From positions 22,320,001 to 22,384,000 of the forward strand of contig NC_087246.1 in the NCBI RefSeq assembly GCF_037042905.1: a stretch of 64,000 nucleotides of DNA. Reading direction: 5' to 3'. The notes beneath the pieces are model-generated. The model saw only the letters and a program-made list of their open reading frames with translations, ran no database searches and was not told where the DNA came from. Origin of the DNA: Lytechinus pictus. Lineage: Eukaryota. Every line of letters starts with the position of its first letter. The first letter of the stretch is position 1. Positions 51,833 to 63,201 of this stretch are shown here, piece after piece. The translations under genes were made by a program, and so were the position numbers.

Positions 51833-52752
51833 TGTGGTTTCCACTTTAAACAACACAGAGTTGGGCGACTTGATAAGAATAGGAAGTTATAGTCCTACTA
51901 TTATAAAGTTATATATCTCATTTATAATCAGGGAAAAATGTTTTGCACAGTCAAGTTGATATTACACGACTATGATATTATTCAATTCGCATATACAAGC
52001 TCTATAATAATTATTAAAATCCTGTATTCGGTTTGTTAAATTAAAGGAGCATTCTAGTTTGAATTCAAATTGTCGGATAATAATGAAAGGGTAGATCATA
52101 CAAAATATGTTTTGTGAAAGATAAGCACTAAAATCTAAAATAAATAGATTGAAATTAAACGACCACAAACAAAATGAGTCCCAAAATAGGCATCAGAAGT
52201 ATATTATTTACTTTGTAGTATTTAATCTCATTATTCATTGTAACTACAAAGTTGACATGCATGTATAATCATTGAAAGTTTCAAATTCTGTATTCTTTAT
52301 ATCAGCAAAAGACTCCCTGACCAAAGCAAACATAAAAACGATTAAAATGGCTATACGATATGATGATTCATAGTACTTACTTTTGCAAGGTTCGCTAAGT
52401 TTTCTGTGGTTTGTAAATTCTAATAAGAAACATTTTCATACAGTGAAAGTATTGCTAAAATGCAAACACTTACCGATACAGCTAGATACACCGCGATACG
52501 GAATGGAAATCAATGGAATTTTTTTTTATTATCTTCAATCGCCAGATCTCACACAAACACACAGAATTTTATACAAACAGAGTTTCTAAAAATCTCATCC
52601 TGAAATAAACATATCAGAATCGTTATATGACCCAATGAATATACCAAGCACGCCCCTCGGTCAAAGGTATGCCCTTATTCTAGTTTCCCTTATTTCATTG
52701 AACATCCTGAAAATGTATTCTTCGCTGAAGAATGTATTTTCAGGATGTTCAG

Positions 52753-52784
<32 letters not shown>

Positions 52785-52785
<1 letters not shown>

Positions 52786-53001
52786 ACTGCAAAAACTTCG
52801 GTGTTGATTTAACACCAGCCCAGAATCTATGTATGTCCACACCAGAGAAATATTGAAACAAAACCAGTTTGGATTGTACAAACACCTATGACCTACGTGG
52901 TGTTAGACCAAAACGAAACTGGTGTTGTTTAACACTTCTCTGGTGTGGACATATATAGATCCCGGGCTGGTGTTTAATCAATCACCAGACTTTTTGCAGT
53001 G
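52785..53001. mobile_element. CACT-terminated palindromic MITE next to a (TA)n tract, upstream of PIPOX
   Basis: CACTGCAAAAA … TTTTTGCAGTG, TA flanks, long inverted arms. Confidence 0.75.
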
Positions 53002-54312
53002 TAATATTCTGAGCAATTATTATCTAATTAAGCAAATTTATCACCCAGTTATTAGATTTTATTACCCAATTTGGACAGATTTTAAAGAATGGTTGTGTGG
53101 ACATAGTATGTTGCCCAAGCTGGTTATAAGGGAAGGAGGACAAGGGGGCGGGGTAGGAACGGGGGGGGGGGGGGAGGGCTTGTATAGATTTGGGATATGC
53201 TTTGCATACAATTTCCCAATGTGAAAGACAATAATTCTGACTAATCAGCCAGTGTACATGTTATGTAGACGTCCATTTCACAGATCATGGTCGTTAAGTA
53301 TCTACAGTACATATGTTGTTTTTATTCATTTCAAAATTATAGGCCTATAGTATTCAAAATAATTTACAGGATCAATGTTTATTCAACTGAATATACTTTA
53401 TCTCACTATTAGATTTGTTTTTTCGTGATAGAACCAACAATATTGTAAAATAGTGACAGAATCCTTCATGATATTTGTCAGGGTATATACCAATTACTAA
53501 TGATTACATTTATGCGTTCTGAGTTCTGCAGTGATGCTTGTAGATTAAATAATTATAAACAACGCATATGGATATAAAACATAGCTTCTATATCAATGAA
53601 AAATTGACTTGAATAAAATTTATAATGAAATATATACCATTGATATAAATTCATATACATACAGATACATATCAAATAAAGAAATTATTATTTTATTTTT
53701 TTGGAAACAAATATTCAATGATGAAACTATTGTTAGGGATGCATGAATAATTTTATCTTTATAAAATCACTACAATAACTGAATGTTCGAGATGACCAAA
53801 GATTTTAGGCGAATACATGTCAAGATATAGAACATTTTAAACACAAATTTATCATCCTTTATATATAAAGTAGATATAATATCAGCCCTAGAAACTTATT
53901 ACCAGTTGTTATATATACGTTATGTAGTAGAGGCATTAACACAAAGTTCACCTGAAAAGGAAAACACCCTTTGAAATGATGGGCCTACATGAATTCAGAA
54001 ATATACGTACGCATTTCTTTCCCCACACCATATCGACGACAGTAAGTGATAGGCCTTCTCAGCGGAGCTTTTCATCAACATTTTTGTCCGACAAGTTGTC
54101 AGATTTTTGACAATTTTCCTTGTTTCTGATTGGCTTAGAAGCACTGTTACTAAGGTAACTGTCGGATAAAACGTCTGACAAGTCCTTTCATGAAATGCTT
54201 CCCTGATCTGATTGGCTAAGAATCACTGTTAACTGTCGGATGAAACAGGACTTGTCGGATAAAACATCCGACAAGTCCTTCAAAAAACGTTCCCCGGGAT
54301 TCTAGTGGAATA

Positions 54313-54556
54313 TCAGATCTGAGTCTCTTTATTTGGGGGCAGATAGGCAGAAACAGGCTCCTCGGACATTTTCCGGATGAATTCAACCCATGTGGTACCT
54401 CCGAAATCTGAATATTTCTCGGAGGCCTTCACGCAGTCGTCTGCGAATTCGGCGGTCTTAGTCCGGACTGGTCTGTAGGGGTGATCCGTCTCAATTGCAT
54501 CTTGGATGGCGTTACACACGTCATGCACAGTCACGGCCATGTTTTCAAATTGATCT
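54313..54556 (-). CDS. RDH8: RDH8-like exon 5, terminal (DQFENMAVTVHDVCNAIQDAIETDHP…ETQI*)
   Basis: TACAG acceptor in the matching phase; DVxxxIxxAIxxxxP typical of the SDR C-terminus; TGA at 54313. The joined CDS is 921 nt (306 aa). Confidence 0.85.
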
Positions 54557-55405
54557 CTGTATGTAATGATTATGATGATGATAATAATTAATAATGATTA
54601 TAGGGTGATGAAGACTTCTATCTATATATGGGAAAATTTCCCCTCAACTTTCTCGCAATTAAATTCGTTTATCATCCTAATATCGGTCAGGCGCTATTTT
54701 ACAATCATTAATATCAATAATGATAAAAGCGGGGCTCCTGGCTGAAAGCCGGGAAAACATTGCTATGTATAAAACGTTGCTCTGTACTGATTTGTACGGT
54801 TATCATTTTATATCTGTGTAATTATTCCTTATCTTGTATTGAGTTGAGAAATGAAATAAAACTTGAACTTGAACTTGAATACTAGGAGTCTCCATTTTTA
54901 TCAACTATTGCAAAATGCTATTATGTGCATAGGTCTACTCATAACTGCGACAATAACGTGTCGAATACTACTACTTCTCCCCCTTCTCCTTCTACTATAC
55001 TACTACCCTCTACTATAATGATAATCGTAACATTAGTGATAATAATAATAATTTTAAAAATAATAACAATAACAATGATAATAATACAAACACAAATCAC
55101 AATATAAGATATATGATGATATATGATATATATATGTGATATATATATGATCAAGGAATTTCTATTAATAATATAATGAATATACTCCAAGTATATCATA
55201 ATGTTTTCATTATGTTCAATACATCGTTACCAACTTTTACACATTGTCTCCATCAGGGAAACCTGTCTACGCCCCTGCCATGTTTATTTAGTTGCTAGCT
55301 ATGTTTGATGACATGCAATTCATTCATATTTATTTTATTTTGCATCATAGAGATTCCCCATTTTCTGTTTTCTCTTTTGGTATAATTTCGATATCCTGTG
55401 TTTAA

Positions 55406-56069
55406 AGGGGAATTTCATCCTAACAGAAAGTTTGTTGTAAAAATAGCAGAAAAAGTAATAAAAACTATTGGTGAAGGATTGAGGAAAATCCATTAAGGAT
55501 TAAGAAAGTTATTAGAATTTTAAATCTTGGATTTGTGACGTCATAAACGAGCAGCTGCCCCATATGTTATGTAATATAAAATGCATAAATTTAAATCTTT
55601 TAATGGTTTGTGATGACTTACTTTTTCATTTCTTTTTAGGAACAGGTGGGTGTTTCATAAAGCTGTTCGTAAAGTTACGAACAACTTTACGCACGACTGG
55701 AACATGTTCTTAGGTCATAACTCAATTACATAGGGATAACACATAGCACAAGAAAGGATCACCAGTCGTGTGTAAAGTCATTCGTATCTTACGAACAGCT
55801 TTATGAAACACCCACAGGTGTGAAATGATTTGTCTATTGATATACTGAAGGTGCAGTAAAAAAAAATTCTGAGAAAATGAAATTTCATTTCTTTTCGCCA
55901 TTCGATATGTAGGGAATTAGCTGCTCGCATATGACGTCACACATCAAATAATAAAAATTATAATAACTTTTTAATCATTTGATGGATTTTTCTCAAACGT
56001 TCGGCAATATTTTTTATTATTTTGTCTGCTATTTTTACAATAAACTTTTTGTCAGGGTGAACTTCCCCT
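55406..56069. mobile_element. TTAA-flanked (Kolobok-like) MITE in RDH8-like intron 4
   Basis: TTAA-AGGGGAATTTCATCCT … AGGGTGAACTTCCCCT-TTAA, with long arms. Confidence 0.8.
55646..55815. mobile_element. Harbinger-like MITE with GTGGGTG termini, nested in the TTAA element
   Basis: TIRs GTGGGTGTTTCATAAAGCTGTTCGTAA; CAG target. Confidence 0.85.
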
Positions 56070-56261
56070 TTAACTAGCTTTATACAATCATGTTTAACAT
56101 GCTCATAATAAGGACCTCCTCGGTTATATGCAAACTTGCATTTATGATAAATGACACAAATGTTTTGAAGTTAATTCATAAATCTTGCCACAGTAAAAAC
56201 AAAAGGAACATAACCACCCCTGAAACCAAACATTGTAGATGAGATATAAAATATTTCTTAC

Positions 56262-56399
56262 CGCGAGTGTGTTTTCATAATATTGAATTGGTCTCGTGTG
56301 AGCTGGTCAAGCTTGAATTCTGACGGTAGTCGATTCCCTTCAATTATATTTCTATTTATGTTTGTTTCCAACACTGGGCCAGTAACTACGCTCGATATG
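56262..56399 (-). CDS. RDH8: RDH8-like exon 4 (ISSVVTGPVLETNINR…KTHSR)
   Basis: GPVxxT motif; TTTTAG acceptor, GTAAGA donor; phase 2 to 2, consistent with both neighbours. Confidence 0.85.
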
Positions 56400-57037
56400 C
56401 TAAAATGAAAAATAAAATTAATATTGAATTATTATTCACAAGATAAGAACAGAATGAGGGTGGGGGGTGTGCACAGATATTTCAATTTTTATTGGACCCG
56501 GACCAAAACAAATTTTAATGTAAAATCGCAGCATTTACAAAAAAAACATTAACTTATTATCTTTTGCATCATAGCTGTTTATGTAATACACTTTATTGCA
56601 ATTTGAATACTAACAGATACTTGGCAAAAGTAAAGTTAAAAGTATTCAATCGTTTAGAAATTTTGGATGCACGGCCATGGAATGCCATCTTTATGCATCT
56701 GAACTTTTCAATACTAAAATGAATATACCTCACCCCACCCTTCCAAAAAGAATGACTTTGACAAGAGAATAGGATGAAGGAAGGAGAGAAAGTGGGAGAA
56801 AATGAACTGAATTTATTTCTGGAAAACATTTGCTGGTCTCATAATGGACAATCATATCAAAACCATAATGAGCGCACAAAATTATATTCTACGAAAAAAA
56901 AATGACTGAAAACGGTGTTAATTGGGCATGCCATCATTGAGAGTTAGTTTAGTTTTTTTTTTTCTCAAAAGGGTAAAAACAATTACTGGGCTGCTAACAG
57001 GAGGCGTGGATGCAACATGCATATAATTCTGTTCGTA

Positions 57038-57250
57038 CACTCTAAACAAGGTTGAGTAAAAGTTTACCAAATACTGTGAAGAAATTGAATATGCATGTTT
57101 GTTGGGTAAGATTTTGTCCCATATTATACAAAATGCATGTTTTATGGGAAAATTTCATCGAAACATGATGGGACAACTTTTTGCTTTCATTTTGCCCCGG
57201 CAACAAACACGCATGTTCCATGTTTACCCAATATTGATTTTTTAAGAGTG
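57038..57250. mobile_element. Degenerate CACT-terminated MITE
   Basis: CACTCTAAA … TTTAAGAGTG; a related right end lies at about 59108. Confidence 0.5.
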
Positions 57251-57567
57251 CATATTCGTCCAATGTGTTAATATCTCCATCATTCGCCTACCTTTTTTAT
57301 GGTCCAAATTCGTTAAAAATAATCACACAAAAATGGTGGAATGATAATTCAACATGTTCGACGAGAAATGAAAATAATCCACTGAGAAGTTTGAATCTTG
57401 CTTTCCTGCGGCTCGCCCGTGGTTTAGAGGGTTCACTGCATAACCTGCTTGCTTGCTCTTATAGTTAGTACAGACGTGTTTCTACCGAAAATAAATTAGA
57501 AACAAGAGAGAAATGGGAAGAATTCGCTCAAAGCCCACCAAAAACTAAAACCAGAATTGATTCTTAC

Positions 57568-57661
57568 TTTACATCGAAGGGCTTCATTCTAATGGCTAAC
57601 GCTTCAGTGAGCCCTTCCATTGCATGCTTCGATGCACAGTAGGTATCGTAGAACGGAAATC
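57568..57661 (-). CDS. RDH8: RDH8-like exon 3 (GFPFYDTYCASKHAMEGLTEALAIRMKPFDV)
   Basis: Catalytic YxxxK (YCASK); TATAG acceptor, GTAAGA donor; 94 nt. Confidence 0.93.
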
Positions 57662-57674
57662 CTATAAATTAATA

Positions 57675-58044
57675 ATGGTAATGATAATAATGATAATAAT
57701 AATAATATTAGTTACACATTAAACGCTTTTTACACCTTTTTTTATAAGCGCTTTACATTGCAGTCATTATTATTCGTCATCGGAACCTGGCATACCCGCA
57801 CATAATATATGTACTATCTCCACTTCCTGGGGAGTATTCAACAAGAGTTTCAAGACTCAGTTGCAAGGCACACTACCATAGGCTTTCGCATCCTACCGGG
57901 TACACATTTAACACCTGGTTGGAGAGTGCATTGGCAAAGAGTGGATTGACGCCTTGTCAAAGGACGCTATGCCAGGGATGGATTCGAACACACGACCCTC
58001 TGATTGCAAGGCGAGAGTCAGAACCGCTACACCACGATGCTTCC
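57675..58044 (-). mobile_element. tRNA-derived SINE abutting the RDH8-like exon 3 acceptor
   Basis: Head nearly identical to the 38433 SINE (GGAAGCATCGTGGTGTAGCGGTTCTGACTCTCGCC…GTTCGAATCC); (ATT)n tail. Confidence 0.85.
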
Positions 58045-59227
58045 ATAATTCAGATAAAAAAAATACATTGGAAAACTTGATAAAGTCAGAAATATACACT
58101 AACTCCCAAAATAGTTTGCAAAAAACACGCAATTGTTTTAACCGACACTAGTTGTCAACACAAATTGGCTAAATTTTATTCAAATAATGTTTGATAATCA
58201 GTCTGCTATGTGGTTGGGTAAATATAATAGCCCATTAGTTGGTAAAAATCCATCAGTTTTTATCCAGTCATCGGGCTATTGTCGAACTCTAAAAATCAAC
58301 CAACTATGTTTTTTAGTAATAGTAAATTTACTTGGAATTTTCAACATTTAGTTGGTAGTTTCAACTTAATCTGGTTATCTCGTGTAACTTGTTTCTAACT
58401 GACTTGATGAGATTTAACTATAAGGATTAGCTAATATAAATCATATTATCATGGCGACGCCCTAGCCACCAGCTACCCATGGATTTCAATGTTATATATC
58501 AACCTGCATTATGCTGCATTCGTTGCCGATTATACATATCCTTCGGTCATGGTTAGAACAGGTATGATACCGTCCAGATATTTCTCAAAAATATTTTATT
58601 GCAGTTTTACTTTTCTTGAAATATTAATATTTATTTGCGATTTCAATAATTTCACCATGGGCCCGCGACGACTTCGCAAAGGAAATGATATGTTATAGGA
58701 ATATGCAAAACAAATTGTCCAACTAAACTTCCCCAACTTGCTATGACAATATTGAGACGGCCAACCCTAATTAGTAGTAGTAATGATGATCTTAGCGATA
58801 CTCTAATATCAAATGACCAATAACGTTTATTCAAGTCAAAACGCTCCCAACACTCATTACCATCATTACCACATTATGTTTGTAAAAGCGTCTAATATTT
58901 GAGGAAAAAGTAATCTTTAAATGTTGGGTAACATACTGTCCACACAACAATTGGTTAAAAAAAATATCCAACTCGGGGTAGTTTTCAACCAATACTGTGT
59001 AGTTTTCACCCAAAGCACCCCTTATTGGTTTAAAACTTCCCAGAATTGGATAAAGTTTTAACCAGTTGTTGTGTTGGTCAGTATGTTGCCCAACATTTTT
59101 AAGAGTGTAGTGAAATAATGGTTCAATAACTGGACTGCTCAATTGAGTAATGAGTGTCCAAAAGTATGATATTTTGACCAACAAACACAAAAAGCATTGC
59201 AGTTAATGGTCTGAATTAACAAAATTG

Positions 59228-59483
59228 GATTCATGGCCCTCGCACTAAGACCCGATATGGTGATCGTGCATTCTCTGTAATTGCTCCCACCCTCTGGAAT
59301 AAACTCCCAACTCAAATCCAAAATGCTCCCTCCGTGGAAATTTTCGAATCGTCACTTAAAACTCACCCTTTCTCTTTTTCTTTTTTCTTTTTTAATGGAT
59401 TGACTGTATATTATTATAATCTGCCAACCTGTGCGCTTTGAAACACCAGTATAAAGCGCCCTACAAATATTATTATTATTATT
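59228..59483 (+). mobile_element. 5'-truncated L2-type LINE tail
   Basis: PRTKTRYGDRAFSVIAPTLWNKLPTQIQNAPSVEIFESSLKTH, then a GCGCTTTG…AAAGCGC 3' end and (ATT)n. Confidence 0.85.
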
Positions 59484-60157
59484 CTGCAAAATCCATCTTT
59501 GTGCATTTGCACCAATGGTTAATGTTGAATTCTGGAGAATCGATTGTTCATCCAAAATGTCCATTTTCTTGTCAATAAGGACTGGCAAATATTATATCCG
59601 TGTACATGAATCCCGCATGAATCAAAGCATGGACCTACTAGAGATCAAAGCCACATAACATTGAAAAGGTATTACAAAAGGTAGTGGGTGTTTTGTTCTT
59701 TTTTTTTCACTGCATGTCTTGTCCAGTAACCTGTCCTGTCTTGTTTTTTTTTGTGTGTGTGCCTTTTTTGTTTTGTTTTTAGTTTTCGTCCTGTCTTGTC
59801 TAATTGATTGTCTGTTCACACACTCCTGAATTCAGGGTTTGGCAGCAGGGGAATGATATAATATAGTGAGTAGGCATAAAAAGCTTGATCGCACTAGTAT
59901 TCTTTTTCATTGTTCAAGCCTCTTTAATTTACGATTTGAATTTCATTGATCAAAGATATACTTTAATTAACCATTAATTGCAGGGAACCCATACTAACAA
60001 GCTTTGCTTTCCAGTAGGTTCATTTTTTCATTTCTGTATATTATATTTTTGTGTTTTGCCTTACATTGTAACTTTTGTTGAATTTTGGAATGAAAAAGAA
60101 TAAATGCAATCAATCAAACAAAAGAGAGCATTGCCTCCTCACTTCGTGCCAGCGTAC

Positions 60158-60337
60158 CTAAGACACCTGTAATGGAGCTGACATTGACGATATGTCCTGA
60201 ACGTCGTTCCTTCATGTGAGGGAGAACTGCCTGTATCATCCGAACAACCCCAAAGAAGTTTGTCTCGAAGATTTCCCGAACCTCAGGTAGTGATGAATAC
60301 TCGATGGGCTTAACGGTTGCGATACCTGCATTGTTAA
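60158..60337 (-). CDS. RDH8: RDH8-like exon 2 (INNAGI…FETNFFGVVRMIQAVLPHMKERRSGHIVNVSSITGVL)
   Basis: NNAG motif, catalytic Asn and Ser; TGCAG acceptor, GTACGC donor; 180 nt. Absent from the ORF track. Confidence 0.93.
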
Positions 60338-60528
60338 CTGCATTTATTATTTTGCAGAGAAAGGGAAGATAAATGGTTATAGATGCTTCGTCGCATTACA
60401 GTTGAAGAAAAAAAGCGGGGCGGGGGGGGGGGGGGGGCGTGGGTCTTGCATCACATACATTATGTCCAAGCTGCCTAGTCCCTATAGTCTACCATCGATC
60501 CCCACGCTACCCATAACAGGCCATATAA

Positions 60529-61714
60529 AGCCCCTTTCACAATTGACGTACGACCATTTGCGACCTTTTGGTCGTGCGACAGGCTGCAACAGGCATCAAT
60601 CGCTAGTCATCTCATAAGATCGCACAGAGGCTTTCACAGTTGCAACAGCTGTCGTACAACAAAAACAACCAGTAAACCCCGTTGCACGAGTAAGTCGCAT
60701 ATGCTCTTATTGTGCTCGTGCGATCACATGCGAGTGTTGCACGAGGGATTGCGAGTGGAACGGTCGCATACATGCGAATGAAACGGTAGTGCAATGTTGT
60801 AAGCCGTTGCGATCGGTCTTGCAACAGTCTTATGGCCCATATTATTATCGCAACCAGTCGCAAGACAGGTCTCTGTACATGTAGGTCGCTTGCACATGTG
60901 CAAGTGTTGTACGACCTCCAGTCAAGTAAATGCGACTACTTAGTTGTGCCACCTCTCGCACCAAGTCGTACAACGTTCTACAGCACTCGCACGATGATCG
61001 CCCGACCGATGGTACGACCCCGGGTACGGTCTGATGCGAGTGAATCGATCGTATTTGATCGCGTTCGGATTTTGAACATGTTCAAAGTTCAGATGTGACC
61101 AGTCACGACCACCTCGAGTTCGTGCGACCGTCTACAACGACTGCGAGTGCTCGCAAGACACCAAGAGATCGATCGTGCAACAACAATAAAAAACTGTTGC
61201 AGGCGGTCGTAAACTGGTCGGACGTCAATTGTGAAAGGGGCTGAACGGTCGCATACATGCGAATGCAACGGTAGTGGAATGTAGTAAGCCGTAATTTCGA
61301 TCGGTCCTGCAACAGTCTCATATTATCGCACCCAGTCGCAAGACTGGTCTCTGTAGGTCTCCAGCACATTTGCAAGTGTTGTACGACCTCTAGTCGACTA
61401 AATGCGACTATACTTAGTTGCGCCACCTCTCGCACCAAGTCGTACAACGTTGAACAACACTCACACGATGATCGCCCGACCGATGGTACGACCTGTTGCG
61501 AGTGAATCAATCGTATTTGATCGCGTTTGGATTTTGAACATGTTCAAAGTTCAGATGCGACCAGTCACGATCACCTCCGACCACCTCGAGTTTGTGCGAT
61601 CGTCTACAACGACTGCGAGTGCTCGCAAGACACCAAGGGATCGATCGTGCAACAACAAGAAAAAACTGTTGCAGGTGGTCGTAAACAGGTCGTACGTCAA
61701 TTGTGAAAGGGGCT
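60529..61714. mobile_element. CpG-rich PIF/Harbinger non-autonomous element with a duplicated right half
   Basis: TIRs AGCCCCTTTCACAATTGACGTACGACC; TAA TSD (60526-60528, 61715-61717); 60758-61242 is repeated at 61243-61714. Confidence 0.88.
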
Positions 61715-61898
61715 TAACTTGCATTGAATGACCAGTGTCAAAAATATATCAAGCCCACAGAAGGCCCACAGAAGACCCACCCTAACCCCCGATAATAATT
61801 AGTCTAGGACCCTGGTTGTAGAAGTTGTAACATCAGCAGAAGTGACATTTTCTTGGTTTAGTTAGTAGTCCTAATTACGAAAATATAATTTTACTTAC

Positions 61899-62163
61899 TG
61901 AGTAAGTCGATACGACCATGTGTGTCGATGATTTCGTTGACAGCATTAGTTACAGAGTCATCTTTGACGACGTCGAGTGGACGAATAAATAATGTATCGT
62001 TGAGGGCGTCACCTGCAGCAGCCTGGAGGGATTCCCGTTTTCTAACGTATCTCATGGTAGCATAAACCAAATATTTTCTCGCTGCGTCCTTACCAAGTTT
62101 GACTGCCAGATTAAGACCGATGCCCGAAGAACACCCAGTGATCAGCGTAACTTTATTCGCCAT
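61899..62163 (-). CDS. RDH8: RDH8/HSD17B1-like short-chain dehydrogenase, exon 1
   Basis: TGCSSGIG Rossmann motif, VYATMR (Arg suggests NADP(H) preference), LDV, GRIDLL; GTAAGT donor, phase 1. Confidence 0.9.
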
Positions 62164-62668
62164 TTATAACGCGAAAATCTTTGGGGAAAAAATGAAATGA
62201 GTTCTGAAAAGAGAAGAATCGAAATCAAAACGTTGCACGAGTATGACTTAGCAACCATGTTTATGGGAACTTGGGAAGGGCCTTATAAATTATCAAATCG
62301 GATGCAATACAAATTATAATGCCCAGCAGATTATAAATATAGTAGTAAGAATAAAGACAAAAATAAAAATAACAACGACAATGACATTGAAGATGGTGGT
62401 ACTGATGATCATTAAAAATTTAATAACAATACGAAAACAAAATATGATTAATGTTGTTATCGAAGATAATATCATCAGTAGAGTTGAAATTTTCTTTTCA
62501 TTCTTTAAATGACTCAAATAATTTCAAACTGTCTCTGACAGTTTTGGAAAAAAGTGGGGGGGGGGGGGGGGTGAAGCCTCCCCCCGCTTCCGCGGCCCCT
62601 GTACTGGGAAAGTTGTGCCTACACTTGTCATAATTCACTTACCCAGTTGCCAATGGAAATATACATAC

Positions 62669-63200
62669 TGCCCTTTCACACGGTAAAAAAAATCGTAATC
62701 TGAATGATGATTCCAGTGAAAAATAAGGCTAAGGACGAATATTTAGCATGTGTGAAACCAGATTAGAACATGATTAGAATTACGAACGCTTATCACAGTC
62801 ACGATTACAATAGCAATCATCATTACAATGATGATTTAAGATTCACGTGTGAAAAGGCCCTACGTCTTATGGATCTTAATTTCTTTCAAACTGTCACCAT
62901 TCTGTTTTACCTATTTTTCTCCTCTCTCACACAACATTTTATTAATACTGAATTAATACTGAATTAATTTCTTTTATATCACCGCCTTTCACACGGTACA
63001 AAAATCATAATGTGAATGACGATTCCAGTGAAAAATAATTTTAATGACGAATCTTTAAGCACGTGTGAAACCAAACTAGAATCACGAACGCTAATCGCAA
63101 TCACGAATTCAAACCGCCCTTTCACAAGGTAAAAGAATCGTAATTTGAATGATGATTCCAGTGAAAAATAAGGCTAATGACGAATATGTAGCACGTGTGA
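62669..63200. repeat. Three tandem or partial copies of a Harbinger-like MITE
   Basis: GCCCTTTCACACGGTAAAA…ATTCCAGTGAAAAATAA at about 62669, 62984 and 63116; the first copy closes with CGTGTGAAAAGGCC. Confidence 0.7.
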
Positions 63201-63201
63201 A

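Noticed and set aside
60612-61731. Overlapping 83-135 aa ORFs on both strands
   Set aside because: They lie within a CpG-rich Harbinger element with an internal duplication; no recognisable protein motifs.
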